Assembly (NCBI RefSeq): GCF_006345805.1
Contig: NC_043000.1
Coordinates: forward strand, 108,810,001 to 108,874,000
Direction: 5' to 3'
Source: Octopus sinensis
Lineage: Eukaryota
Length of the DNA: 64,000 nt
Under the pieces are notes generated by a model that saw only the letters and a program-made list of their open reading frames with translations, was not told the origin of the DNA and did no database searches. The position numbers were made by a program, and so were the translations under genes. Shown piece by piece: positions 1-13,030 of this stretch (within the stretch, counting starts at the first letter, position 1; each line of letters opens with the position of its first letter).

Positions 1-121
1 TTTATTTATCCCGTTTTATTCTTTTAAGATTTTAATATTTTATCTTAACTTTAATTTGTTGCTTTCATCCAGTATTGAAACCTGTACCCTTCTATCATTA
101 TGACCCCATGGTTATTGGTAT

Positions 122-349
122 TCTGGCAGAAACGTTAGCATGTCGGGTAAAATGCATAGCCGTATTTCGTCTGTCGTTACGTTGTGGGTTCAAATTCCGC
201 CGAGGTCGACTTTGCCTTTCGTCCTTTCGGGGTCGATAAATTAAGTACCAGTTACACACTGGGTCGATGTAATCGACTTAATACCTATGTCTGTCCTTGT
301 TTGTCCCCCCTATGTTTAACCCCTTGTGGGTAATAAAGAAATAGGTATT
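122..349 (+). mobile_element. tRNA-derived SINE, family A (head ggcggcgagctggcagaa; central gcctttcatcctttcggggtcgataaa domain)
   Basis: A-box-like tggcagaaacgttag, B-box-like ggttcaaattcc, conserved central domain and ...gtaataaagaaataggtatt tail; more than 10 related copies in the window. Confidence 0.85.
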
Positions 350-699
350 GTTATTTCTGTTATTATTTTGGAAGGATTTTCTTATTGTTATTGATATTAT
401 TGTTGTTGATGCTGTCACCTTCATCATAATTTTTTTTTTTGTATATAACACATCACTCTGCAAGTTTACTCCAATCTTCTATAACTTAGTTTACCTTAAT
501 GCTAATTTTAGTAACTTCAACTTTAGTTAAAATTTAAATCCTACCTCTTTTATCAATTTAAATTTTAAAACCTGTATAACCAGCTCAACCAGCATTGACA
601 TCTAATTTTCAACAACTTGACATCACCCCATTTGTAACAATATCTCTCAATCAATCAATATTTATATCCTGATGATGAGAGCCTTTCCTGACCTCTCCA

Positions 700-1640
700 A
701 TATAATAATATAATAATGAGATTATTGTATACAGTGCTCAGGTGCACCACAACTTGTCAGAAAGTGCATATAAAGTACATGCAGTAATGTAAAAATGTCT
801 GGAAAGCGAACAATGTATGAGTCAGATACATGCCTGTGTGTGTATGGAGGGGAGAAAATCAGGTGTAGTGTTGGGGAATCTCAGAAAGCATGGAAGTTTT
901 GAAGGATGCAGTGCTCCGACAACTAACAACTGATGCCGGCAGTTTGTTCCATGCTTCAGCAACTCTCAGCGTGAAAAAATGTTTCCTGAAGTCATGGGAG
1001 CTGTGCTGTTTTCTGACTTTGTAAATATGTCCACGGGTGTTAGATGGGTTGAGTTTGAAAAGGTGCTCAGAGTTATTGTTTGTACGATGGTTGATAATTT
1101 TATGGGTGTCTGCCAAGTCAGCTGCCAGACGTCGGAGTTTCAATGTGTCCATGCCCAGGGAAGTAAGGCGTTCAGGATATGGCTAATGCCTGATGGAGGG
1201 TATTCTTTTGGTTGCACGTCGCTGAACAGCTTCCAGACGATTGATATCCTGGGCAAGATAGGGGTTCCAGACCGGTGATGCAAATTCCAGGTGAGGTCTT
1301 ACCATAGCTATATAAAGCCGCAGATAGATAGCCGGAGAGCGGCTCACAAAGGATTTGGTGAGTGATGCCAAGACACCCTCAGCCTTCTTGACAATTTTAG
1401 CGATGTGTTTTGTCCAACGCAAATCACTGTCGACAATAACACCCAGGTCACGTTCACATGAAGACTTTTGAGACTAGTGTTGTGGAGGGAGTAGGTGGAC
1501 GCTGGGTTTCTCCTCCCAAAATGCATGGTGGTACATTTGTCCACAGCCAGCTTGAGTTACCAGTCCATGATCCACTGCTGCATTGTGTCCAGGTCTGCTT
1601 GCAATAGAGATCTATAGTGTACAGGATTTGACCTCTTTAT
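700..1640 (-). mobile_element. CR1/L2-clade LINE, 5'-truncated 3' fragment (RT C-terminus, 3' UTR, (ATT)-rich tail)
   Basis: Minus-strand ORFs give LQADLDTMQQW..LAVDKCTTMHFG, LYIAMVRPHLEFASPVWNPYLAQDINRLEAVQRRATKRIP and TRGHIYKVRK..FFTLRVAEAWNKLP, typical CR1/L2 RT C-terminal motifs; frameshifted. Confidence 0.9.
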
Positions 1641-1992
1641 TATGAATAAAGATAGTATAATTTTACTCTCTAACATTATTCTCCCACAATGCTAGATTAA
1701 AAACTGAATTTTACTATTTTAGACTGACCTATATCCATGAAAGGCCCATATCAACTTTCAACACAATTGCTGGAGTGGGTGCTCACCCATGCTTGAGACT
1801 ATCTCCTCCAAATTTGGCAATACAATAACCCTACTTCTGCTAAGTGACTCCTGTACAACTGCATTACTTGCTCCCACCCCTCTGTAACCTGTCTTCTCCT
1901 GTTCTCTATTCTACATGAACATCATTTTCCACCACCTTCTCCACACAATAGCCATTCCTCAAGTGCTCTCTGCTTGTTATATTCAGAGATGG

Positions 1993-2228
1993 CGAAGGCA
2001 GCGAGCTGGCAGAAACGTTAGCACGCTGGGCGAAATGCGTAGCCATATTTCGTCTGTCGTTACGTTCTGAGTTCAAATTCCGCCGAGGTCGACTTTGCCT
2101 TTCATCCTTTCGGGGTCGATAAATTAAGTACCAGTTATGCACTGGGGTCGATGTAATCGACTAAATCCCTTTGTCTGTCCTTGTTTGTCCCCTCTGTGTT
2201 TAGCCCCTTATGGGTAGTAAAGAAATAT
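1993..2228 (+). mobile_element. SINE family A, full length, with 15-bp target-site duplication
   Basis: Full head-to-tail copy; atattcagagatggc is present at both ends (about 1979-1993 and 2230-2244). Confidence 0.9.
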
Positions 2229-2645
2229 ATATTCAGAGATGGCTCTGATGAAAGTAGCAGTAATTTTCTTTGTTCGTTCAATTTGCCTCACTTAATCAAG
2301 TGACCAATTAAGCACACCCACCAGTAATGTACCTATAATGTCTACTGGAAACAGTTGGAAGCCAAATTTGCTCACGAAAGGGAATTATATGTAATGACCA
2401 TCACTTCAAACTTGTATCTTATCATTCTGTGCAAAAACCAGTTTATCTGGAGCCAACGGATTTACAATATAGAATTGTGATGAACCATAACTTTGGGCCG
2501 TGCCACAAGATTACCTGGAGTTCTTCACTAATTTAAGTAATATTGTTAGCCTGGTGGGTCAACAGAGAGAGCTTATGAAGTGTTTTGGCCAGATCGATAA
2601 TCCCTCACTATTGGCTATATAAATATATAAAGTTAATCCAAACAA

Positions 2646-2815
2646 GAAAGCACAAAAAAAACACTACAACGCGAGGACGTGGAACAAATATAGTATTATT
2701 GGATGCTCAGGAAAGAAGGAGGGTTTAACGTTTCGAGTGGAGCTTTTCGTTGGAAACATAGGAGAAGGGAAGACACAGGAAAATAAATCGCCAACGGTAC
2801 ACACGCGGTCACATT
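2646..2815 (-). mobile_element. Non-autonomous Penelope-like terminal repeat with degenerate hammerhead motif
   Basis: Closely similar to 24115-24262; contains gtttaacgtttcgagtggagcttttcgttggaaac, whose reverse complement has a decayed core CCAACGA..GAAACGTT. Confidence 0.65.
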
Positions 2816-2846
2816 TTGAATATAAATATATAGATATATTTTTATA

Positions 2847-2900
<54 letters not shown>

Positions 2901-2985
2901 CGAGCGTGCACACTCACACAATAACAAAATGAAATGTCAAATGAAAAAAAAAAAAAGAGTTATGCTATGAACTTCATTAGCTTAC

Positions 2986-4015
2986 AGCTAGTCGTAAGTA
3001 GCCGATCCTACAACGACTTGTGCGTATGTTTGTATTTCAAGGCTGAATACATATCAAAGAAAATGGGGGTTTTTTAACAATGTATATAATTTTTTTACAC
3101 AAATTAAATAATATTTTTCGAACAAAGTAAATAAAACGCAAAGTAAATAATTAAAAAATTTTTGGGATCTTTTCCTTTTAAAGGCCAGATTTTAACACAA
3201 TTTCTAGTTAACTAAACACTTTAAAACTTCGTATACTGGTAGAATGTGTCAAAAGGAAACATTATTTTCACTTGGCTTTCTTGATAAATTTGTAATTCAT
3301 TTGTTTAACGTAGTTTAATTTTTCGAATTTTAACCAATCCTATGCTCTCTTTTGAGCAAAAATCATTTGCTGCATCTAAAACTGAGACAACATCCTGTAA
3401 CTAACCCTCACCTCCCCCTAACCCTAAACTTTTTTTTCTTAATTGTTACACGTGTAAAAAAACTAAAGCAATGGAAAATAATTTAAACAATTAACATACA
3501 AAATAATTCTATAATTCTTATACACACGCTTTCCATAACACACACAAAATAATTCTATAATTTTTATACACACGCTTCCCATAACACATGCTTTCCGTAT
3601 ACGTACGGAAAGCGTGTGTATAAAAATTATAGAATTATTTTGTATGTTAATTGTTTAAATTATTTTCCATTGCTTTAGTTTTTTTTACACGTGTAACAAT
3701 TATATTAATTTAACAATTAAGAAAAAAAATTTAGGGTTAGGGGGAGGTGAGGGTTAGTTACAGGATGTTGTCTCAGTTTTAGATGCAGCAAATGATTAAA
3801 TAATGTTTCCTTTTGACACATTCTACCAGTATACGAAGATTTAACTAGAAATTGTGTTGAAATCTGGCCTTCAAAAAGAAAAGATCCAAAAATTTTTTAA
3901 TCCTAGCCTTAACCTTAGTTTGTTTATAAAAAATAATTTATTTATTTAGTTGTAGGATCGACTACTTACGACTAGCTATCGCGGATGCGCGCACCGAGAC
4001 CACTGTTCGCTAGTA
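2986..4015. mobile_element. Foldback/MITE composite (about 1-kb imperfect palindrome) with telomere-like motifs
   Basis: agctagtcgtaagtagccgatcctacaac (2986) mirrors gttgtaggatcgactacttacgactagct (about 3950); inner arms about 3150-3600 and 3604-3900 are inverted around gctttccgta/tacggaaagc; taaccc/ttaggg motifs near 3400-3430 and 3730-3760. Confidence 0.8.
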
Positions 4016-4020
4016 GTACC

Positions 4021-4251
4021 TATTTCTTTATTACCCACAAGGGGCTAAACACAGAGGGGACAAACAAGGACAGACATTGGTATTAAGTCGATTACATCGA
4101 CCCCAGTGCGTAACTGGTACTTAATTTATCGACCCCGAAAGGATGAAAGGCAAAGTCGACCTCGGCGGAATTTGAACTCACAACGTAACGACAGACGAAA
4201 CACCGCTAAGCATTTCGCCCGGCGTGCTAACGTTCCTGCTAGCTCGCCGCC
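4021..4251 (-). mobile_element. SINE family A, full length, with 15-bp target-site duplication
   Basis: Reverse-complement full copy flanked by ttcgctagtagtacc at 4006-4020 and 4256-4270. Confidence 0.9.
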
Positions 4252-4336
4252 TATATTCGCTAGTAGTACCGACATTGTTTCAACCGCAGCCAAGCTAGAG
4301 CATCGCTTTGAAGGGATTAGTTAAACAAATCGATAC

Positions 4337-5262
4337 TACGAGCGAAGACTGGACCCGGTGCTCGCACACGCGCAGTCGCGCGTCCGCGCTAGCTAGTCGT
4401 AAGTAGTCGATCCTAGAACGACTTGCGCGTATGCAAATGAGTTGATTTTACAGAATAAAATAAAAGAATTTTTTAAAGAAAGTAAATAAATTATTTCTTA
4501 GAACAATGTATATGATTTTTTTACTCAAATCAAATAAAATGTGTGTGATATATTCTTTTAGTTTTCATATTCTTTAGTTTTTAATCTTGTGTATGTGTAT
4601 ATACACACCGATACAAATAGATATTATATATGTGTTTATGTGTGATATATTCTTTTACTAGTTTTTAGTTTTTGGACAGCATCCATAGTAGGTACATCAT
4701 TCAGGTATATATGTATATATATATATGTGTGTGTGCATGTGTATATATGTGTATGTGAGTATATATTGTGTGTGTGTATGTGAGTATATATATGTGTGTG
4801 TATATGTGTGTATGTATGTGTGCGTGTGTATATGTGCGCATATGTGTGTGTGTGTGTATATATTGTACGTGTGTGTGTGTGTGTAATGAGAGAAGAAACA
4901 AAATATCCTTAAGATGATAAGGAATGGAAAGTTGATATCGATTGAAGGATTTGATAAGATGAAGATATTTTGGTAACAGTTCATTACACGTGTGTAAGAA
5001 AGTCTGAGCGGGAGAGGAGAGCATATTACAGCATTCCATGAAGGGTTTTGTTTTGATGTTTTCTTGTTTGTTTATTTACACTAAATCACCCCACCACCAT
5101 CACCCTTGTCTTAATCATTAATTAGACCCATTGGTTGTCTTCCAACCTACAACACAACTCATTTGCATACGCGCAAGTCGTAGTAGGATCGACTACTTAC
5201 GACTAGCTAGCGCGGACGCGCGACTGCGCGTGTGGGAGCACCGGGTCCAGTCTTCGCTAGTA
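4337..5262. mobile_element. Non-autonomous DNA transposon (MITE) with about 108-bp TIRs and 4-bp TSD
   Basis: TIRs 4337-4444 and 5155-5262 (tac(g/t)agcgaagactggacccggtgctc...); atac duplicated at 4333-4336 and 5263-5266; no ORF; same TIR family as the ends of 2986-4015. Confidence 0.85.
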
Positions 5263-6523
5263 ATACCAAACGAATCTACTCTAGGACTTATTTTTCTCTG
5301 CTAGTTAATTGATGAGTTTATTTTTGTCGAACCGTTATTTTACGGAGACACAAACAAACCAACATCGATTGTCCTGAACCGCATGGAAAGAAGCATATAT
5401 GTATACAGAATTACAGATATACACACACATGTGTGCGTGTTGATAAATATATTGACATTTTTATACATACATTGTGCGCATGTACACACGAAGCGTAATA
5501 ATAACTAGTAATTTCGTACATGAGACGCATTTAATATTCATAATAATATAATTAGAGACTTGCGCGCGAGTCTACTTGAGGAAGGACATTGGCACCATCA
5601 ATCGATAGAAAGTTTTGTATTTGTTCTTAAAAGGTTGACATAAAAAAGAAGAGAAAAATATTTCGGGAAGAAAAACCAGATACAAGGGAAATAACTCCGT
5701 CTGCCACATCGGGTGAAAAAAATAAAACTTTTACAATTTTCTGAAAATAAATGAGAAATTCTGGAAAAGTTCAAAAGCCTAATTATTTAAAGATATGGGT
5801 ACAGGAAGTTGTGACATTCATTCGTATCTCGAAAATACATTTCTTTTGGTCACCCACAGTAAGAACTTAATTACACGAACTGTTGAATGCTATTACCCCA
5901 ATGTCTTATTGCAGCTTTCGAAGTTCGATAGATTAGCGAGGATTTGTAAAAGATCTGCTAATTCCTGATACCAACAGTTACCAGGGGAAAATGATGTGTA
6001 GAATAGAGTGGGTTTTTTTTTTCTTCAAAAAGGGTTTCCGAGGAATCACGTTGTTCTGTGAAAAAATTCTGGGGTTTATAGATATGAGGTATCTTTGAAA
6101 TAAAATTAAATAAAAAGCTTATTTTATGGGAAAAAAATGATATTCATAATTTCTAAATTAGGTTTTGTCTTTGTATATTACGAGCAAATCTTCCCTCTAA
6201 AACAATTTCTGTTCATTTTAATATCTTCTTGTTAGAATTAGAGTAGCAGAGGTTCACCACGACGAGTCTTTCAACGCCAGACATATTACCTCCCTTCAAT
6301 ATTTCACATACTTTTCCTCCCAAGTGGTTTTCTGCTAATTTAATGTAATTTCTAATTTACTACCAGTTGCGCATTGGGGTCGATATAATCGACTTAATTC
6401 ATTTGTCTGTCCTTGTTTGTCCCCTCTGTGTTTAGCCCCTTGTGGGTAGTAAAGAAATATAATTTACGAGTTGATTCGAAAATCCTTTTAGAATACATCA
6501 ATGCAATTATTAATAAAAGCGTA

Positions 6524-6956
6524 GGATCTTTTCGGTTTGAACGGCAGTTTTTTCTAGCGGTCTCATATGAAATTGTCACCCATAATTATGACCCTAGAAT
6601 CGATCTATTGCATTTCAATCTGTTTTAGGGTTAGGGTTAGTTAGGATTAGGGTTAGGGTGGGGGGAAGGGTATCTTTTTTTCTTTACAAATGTAGATAAA
6701 TCCAATCTGTTTCTTAAACGAGGGACATATTCATACGGCAGAGAATGTTTTTTACCTCAATGGACGTCAGTGATTAGTTCAAATTGCAGAAATTTAAGAA
6801 AAAACCACAACAAATATCTTACAAACAACAGAATTTTCTCAATAAAGCCAAGAGAAAAAGATGTTTTATAAACACATTCTACCAGTATACGAAGTTTTAA
6901 ATTTTTTGGTTTCCTAGAAATTATGTTAAAAACTGCCGTTCAAACCGAAAAGATCC
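6524..6956. mobile_element. MITE with GGATCTTTTCGGTTTGAACGGCAGTT TIRs and internal (TTAGGG)-like run
   Basis: ggatcttttcggtttgaacggcagtttt at 6524 mirrors aaaactgccgttcaaaccgaaaagatcc ending at 6956; ttagggttagggttagttaggattagggttaggg at about 6625-6658; shares acacattctaccagtatacgaag with the foldback at about 3820. Confidence 0.75.
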
Positions 6957-7011
6957 AAAGCGTGTATATGTTTTGCATTCTAGTTTTGTTTTTATTACCA
7001 ATCTTAAATTA

Positions 7012-7233
7012 CATCTATCTATCTATTTCTCTCTCTCTCTCTCTATCCATCTATTTCTCTCTCTCTCTCTCTCTCTCTCTATTTCTCTCTCTCTCTATCC
7101 ATCTATTTCTCTCTCTCTCTCTCTATCTATCTATTTCTCTCTCTCTATCTATCTATTTCTCTCTCTCTCTCTATCCATCTATTTCTCTCTCTCTCTCTAT
7201 CTATTTCTCTCTCTCTCTCTCTATCTATCTATT

Positions 7234-7326
<93 letters not shown>

Positions 7327-7350
7327 GTCTGTCTGCCTGCCTGCCTGTTT
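7012..7350. repeat. Compound (CT)n/(ATCT)n/(CTGT)n microsatellite
   Basis: Directly visible; source of the SLSLS/IYLS ORFs. Confidence 0.95.
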
Positions 7351-7389
7351 CTGTCTGTCCTCTCTTGAGCTGATCTACCAAGCTTTTAC

Positions 7390-7826
7390 ACTCTACTAAG
7401 AATGCAGGTTAGATAGGGGTAGGGCAGCCTTGTTCGAATGCCTGACACACGACTCCCCTAAAAATTGTTTTACAGCGAACTGGTGGAAGGCAAGTGCTCG
7501 CAAGGTGGACAGAAAAAAAATGTTTCAAGGACACACTCGAAGCCTCATTGAAAAGCTTTGAGATCAACTCCGACGCTTGGGAAGCACAAGTGCAAGGCTG
7601 CCCTGTCTGGCGAATCTGCACCAATAAAGGTACCGCCCCTACGAACTGAACAGGACAACAGGACCATAAAGAAAACTGTGCGCAAAAAAGTGCGGTTGAG
7701 CCTTCTGAACATGCATCAGACTGTTTGGCTACAGCCAGACATACTGTGCCTGCCTTCTTCCATATGATGTCCTCGGTCGTCGTCGATAACGATGGAAGAA
7801 CTCATCTTTGTATGTATGTATGTATG
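7390..7826 (+). mobile_element. RTE (BovB-like) LINE 3' fragment with (GTAT)n tail
   Basis: Translates to LVRMPDTRLP*KLFYSELVEGKCSQGGQKK/CFKDTLEASLKSFEINSDAWE, typical of RTE C-termini; ends gtcgtcgataacgatggaagaact followed by (gtat)n. Confidence 0.85.
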
Positions 7827-8351
7827 TGTAACGGAAATAATTGAGTTGGTACAGTTACCAATGGTAACGGTAGAAATTTATTAGAAAACATTATTATTGA
7901 TGAAATGTTGGAGTCAGCATTTGTGACGATAAGAGTTTGTTATTAAAACAGCAAGTCGTAATATGTGTAAGATGGACACTTCATAAAGTTTAAAGAAAGT
8001 AATTTATTTACCGTTACATTATAAATACCTTGTCTCGACGGGCAGGTTGATAAATCCCAAAAGCATGCGAAAGAAAGTTTGTTGCGGTAGAATATTTGGG
8101 TCCTCTTCATTGCTAATTGCTGAGACAGATAGAATGATGTTGTGAAAGAACAGAATTAGAGCTAGAGAGAATTATAGGGTGTTGTCTTACAGCTCCTTTC
8201 TCCCTCTGACCAAGGTTGGTCAGCCAGACCTCGTTGAGTTGTCACCGGTTGGTGACCAACTGATATTTGCTTGGGATGTGCTTGCTTATATTAAGATCCA
8301 GAAGGATAGATATATCATTGAGAACAATAGATTTAGTTGGTGGTCTCTCTC

Positions 8352-8721
8352 TCGTTTACTTGTTTCAGTCATTTGACTGCGGCCATGCTGGAGCACCGCC
8401 TTTAATCGAGCAACTCGACCCCGGGACTTATTCTTTTGTAAGCCCAGTACTTATTCTATCGGTCTCTTTTGCCGAACCGCTAAGTAACGGGGACATAAAC
8501 AAACCAGCATCGGTTGTCAAGCAATGCTAGGGGGACAAACACAGATACACAAACATATATATATACGACGGGCTTCTTTCAGTTTCCGTCTACCAAATCC
8601 ACTCACAAGGCTTTGGTCGGCCCGAGGCTATAGTAGAAGACACTTTCCCAAGGTGCCACGCAGTGGGACTGAACCCGGAACCATGTGGTTGGTAAACAAG
8701 CTACTTACCACACAGCCACTC
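8352..8721 (-). mobile_element. tRNA-derived SINE, family B (head ggagtggctgtgtggtaag; tail ggcggtgctccagcatggccgcagtcaaatgactgaaac)
   Basis: Reverse complement has tRNA-like A/B boxes (tggctgtgtggtaag, ggttcagtccc), a central domain gcaccttgggaaagtgtcttctac, an internal microsatellite and the conserved tail; many copies in the window. Confidence 0.85.
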
Positions 8722-8980
8722 CACTCTAGCTTTTGGTGAAGTAGGAGAGGTTAGAAAGGGTCAAGTGGTCAAGACATTATTTTGGCCTAGCTAATGGCAT
8801 CGGGGAAATGTAATAACTGCTGTCAGAGAAAAACCATTGTTCCACCGTGGGAAAAGTTCTGTAGCAGTGTTAGCTTAAATTTGGCTATGGTGGATCGTAT
8901 CCACTTCATGTATGCAATATTCGCTACATATGTATGTACAGAAGGTAACTCGTATATGAATTAAACATACATACATACAT

Positions 8981-9416
8981 TGTGGCTGCCCCCTCGTTAT
9001 CGAGTATGGCCATTGCACGAAGCTTAATCAATGTTGTTATCGTGCAATGCCTGTGCAAGGAGACTTTTTTTAAAGTGAGGAAAGGCTGTGCACTGATTCA
9101 ATCCCACTCACTAAGCAACAGCAGCCATAATCCGAAAAGAACAAGTCAACATCATCGGTAACCACTGAGCCGCAGGTTTTGTATCGGTGTTATCCCAGTT
9201 TCCTGATTTACCTTCTCCTAGAAGGATGCCCTAACAAAGGCTAGGAGTCCTTCACTCCCAATGGTTTAACCGCGCGATCGGGTATTCAGTCCGATTATTT
9301 CTATGTCGCCGCGCATGATACAGCCTTAAGGCATTTATTGGATGGCCGTTGACTCTCAAGAGTTCCTCCGCCCTTTGACGGGTTTTGTTTTTCATCCCGC
9401 AGGGTGTCCAATAAAC
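8981..9416 (-). mobile_element. Non-autonomous RTE-derived element, 5'-truncated copy
   Basis: Near-identical to 30101-30545; minus strand has an RTE-type 5'-UTR motif ctagcctttgttagggcatccttctaggagaagg and an RTE-like tail gataacgaggggg..gcc followed by (gtat)n. Confidence 0.7.
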
Positions 9417-10082
9417 ATACATACATACATACATACATACATACATACATACATACATACATACAATGAAGGAGCCTTGGATCTAGGTTAGAAACCGGCC
9501 CTTTTTCTATTGGCAAGAAATCTTGAAATAATGAATAATGACATACATACATAAAAATCTGTAAAACTTTCCAGAAGTTTATCATTTAAGTATATATGAG
9601 CGTGTCTAGATATACAACTATATGCATGAGAAGACATACACAAAACAAAACATACAAATCTGCACATATACATCCATCCATCCATCCATCCATACGTACA
9701 TTCATACATATTTAGGTTCAGAAATTAACCTGTACATTAATATTATGCACGCACGCATATGTACACACACAAATCCACACGCACATACTAAATATGTGGC
9801 CAGTCCCTAGCACCAGGAAATACGTGTATATAATATAAATTTCCATATATCAACATACATGGAAGATAATAGCACCACCACCACCACCACCGACGCCACC
9901 ACCGCCACAACAACAACAACAACAACAACTGCAACAACAATGAAGTTTGGTCTAGGAGTGAAGAGAAAAATATGTTTTTGCCATGTAACAGGTGTAAAGT
10001 GTGTCGATGTAGTAAACATGGTCGATTAAGGCCCGGCATAAACATGCTGAATACCCATGTCTGTCTGTCTGTCAGTCTGTCA

Positions 10083-10114
<32 letters not shown>

Positions 10115-12502
10115 GTATTTGTTGCATTCTCTTTCACACGTGCAGTCATGTGAAGGCGCCTGGCTTAATGGTTCGGGTATTCAGCTCATGACCACTGAAT
10201 TAAAAGAAGAGAAAACACACACACACATACACGCTGCCCCCCCCCCCCCATCAGACTTTTGCACAACTTCTCTTTACCAAATTCACTCACGAGGGTCACG
10301 AGGGGCAACAGTAGAAAAAATTTACCCAAAGTAGCACGAAGTGGGACTGAACTTAAAATCGCTTGGATGCGAAACAAACTACTTAACCGTACAATTGCGC
10401 TTATAACATATCATGTGTAACAAAAAGAATAATCATGATCCTGCGTCTTTATAAAAACACTAAAATGTCTACAAACCATTGGTCACTGCTTCATTGAAGC
10501 ATTGAAACGACGCTCCTCTTATATTCTGAGTAAAAACTAGCAAGAATCAGCGATGATAGCTGTTAATCTGATGATAAATTTGGAGAATGGCCCCAAACCC
10601 AATTGCCCACCGCGGCAGGTCAACAACTCCTTTACCTTTCTCTTCTGTCTTTCTCTGTTGACTGACACGAGCTAAAAGTATTCTCCTTACGGGAACTGAA
10701 TGTATCGATGTTCTACAGATTCCTCTATTATATTCTGGTTCGCTCTTTTCGTGTTTTGATCGACAATGTTGCAGAAAGAGCAACTCAACAACCACTGTTC
10801 TCAATGGGCTGTTTGTAGAAGCAAGTACTTAGCCCCCAAATACACTCACCACTTTTCAACTCATGGATGCACCATAAAGGAAAGATAAGTCACAGTTTGC
10901 AACATGCACGATGCTTTAGGGTCTCTCCTTTTGATTTTCCGTGGCAGTTTATTCCCTTAGCCTTTTAAAACGCTCAATAAATTACCCCACAAAGCAACAG
11001 AGGTTTATTATACAAGGAAGCATGATTTGTGCAAAGCCAGTCGCGTTCTCTTGTTCTTCAAACTTGTATTGGTCTGGTGCAACAAGTGCCATAAGCCCAG
11101 TAGTTAACAAGATGCAGGATTTCTGTGGATTTATCTTTTCTGAGATGAGCAGCTACAGAGCTGAAGGGCCTCATCGGCATTGGATCCGTTCGAGCGTTTG
11201 TGAGTGACTTTCTTCCGGAGGTAATTCCGTGACATGGTAATGAACCAAAAGCTGGAACCCTAACAGGGGCTAGTACTTCGGGTTAGAGTAGACCTGGGGA
11301 CAATAATAGCTAAGGGGTGATCTCACACTTCTCAAAATCCTGGCACTCCCATATCAAAGTTCTCACTCCCGGACGCAGTTTAAAGTTATACGCAGGATCT
11401 CATCCTTCTCTACTTAACTCAACTGAAAGCTTCTTTCCGTTTTTCAGTTGAGACCTTAAATAGATGGAAGCCGGAACGGTTAACTAGAAAGATGATATTG
11501 AATCCTCTAGGGTGTGAAACATTAATTTGTTTAAAATATCAGTGAAAGGGTAAAATGCTAGCTTTGTCTTTGCAGACATCAATCTCCTTTTTTTTTTCTG
11601 TTAATAATAAAAGAAGAAAGAAAGAAACTGATGAAAGTAACAGCAGAAACGGTATACATTGAAAATTCAGGGAAAGACTAGACACGCCTTACAAGATGTA
11701 GGGCAGAGTTTCTCTCCTTTGTCTCTGTTTCTTTCTCTATCCACTCCTCTCTCTAATTCTCCATTTCTCCGTTCACCCATCTCTCTACTTCTCCGTCCAT
11801 CCCTGTCTCTGCTTCTCCACTTCTCCGCCCACCCCTCTTCCACCCGTCTCTCTACTTCTCCATTTCTCCGTCCACCCTTCTCTCTATTTTTCCATTTCTC
11901 TCTAGTTCTAGCACAGTTTGGTAATAACATCTCAGATGAAACGACCGTTGTTATCTCGTCTACATTGAAACCAAAACATTGCTACTTCCGGTTGAAAATG
12001 AAAGGAAACTTGCGAACGAATTGGTTCATTCAGTTTATCTTGGCAAACAGGAAGAATGTTTTAACCCAGTAATCTATTTGACATAATTCAGTGGGCGAAA
12101 AACAAAATTTAACCTCGCTATAAAGATGTTTTAGTGTTGAAAGGCCAATAAAGATGGTACAAGGATCACTTAACATCTGTATTACATGTGTTACAATACG
12201 TAGTTTCGTCCGCTGAGTTTCCGAGTTCAAATTTCACCCCGGTCGATTTCATCTTTCATTTCTACGTTGAGTTTTTCTTTTTTCTAGCTTTTTATCAGAA
12301 GAGAAAGCAATGTCCTTCATCTTTCATAGGACCGCTGTGACAAGTGGAAGGATGGGAAGAAGAAATTGGTCAAGAAACCCCCTTTGCAACCACGTGGTTT
12401 TGGATTCAGTTCCTCTGCACGGCATATTGGACAAGTGTCTTCTACTATAGACCCGATTCAAACAATACCTTGTGAGTGAATTTGGTTAAAAAGATGGTAT
12501 GG

Positions 12503-13030
12503 CACACACTAGAAAAGGTCACAGAAAACGAGAAAGCAACCTACTCTTGGATATGCCAATACACACAGATAGAGAAATTAAGACCAATAGGCCAGATATA
12601 GTTGTCAGAGATCATGAAGGAAAAAAATGTTTCCTAATTGATGTATCAATACCAGCAGATGACAACGTGTCTCTAAAAGAAATGGAGAAACTTTTAGAAT
12701 ACAAAGACCTGGAAATAGAGATAATTCGAATGTGGAATCTAAAAACAGAAACAATTCCTATCATAGTAGGTGCATTAGGCATGATAAAAAAATATTCAGA
12801 CAAATACATAACAAAAACACCAGGACTTACAAACACATAAAACATACAGAAAATTGCACTACTAGGCACTGCACACATCCTACGCAGAACATTTTCAATA
12901 CAGTAACCATCAGAGCATTACAACAAATCACAGCACATATCCAAGGCACACAGAGCTGCGCTCGGTAGTGAAGTGAAAGCACGCTATAAAAATAAAACTA
13001 CTGAATGATGATAATAATAATAATAATAAT
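12503..13030 (+). mobile_element. R4/Dong-type non-LTR retrotransposon 3' fragment (restriction-like endonuclease) with (TAA)n tail
   Basis: DMPIHTDREIKTNRPDIVVRD..CFLIDVSIPADDNVSLKEMEK..YKDLEIEIIRMW..IPIIVGALG is the PD-(D/E)xK RLE signature; ends in taataa repeats. Confidence 0.85.

Noticed and set aside
6625-6660. True telomere or chromosome end
   Set aside because: Only a few degenerate TTAGGG units, internal to a MITE.
7827-8018. Solo LTR (TGTAACGG...CCGTTACA)
   Set aside because: 8-bp inverted termini are present, but there is no TSD (gtatg versus ttata), PBS or PPT, and no second copy.
10547-11230. Host exon or Gypsy pol remnant in a complex stretch
   Set aside because: The frames I translated are broken by stops and gave no recognisable motif in correct order.
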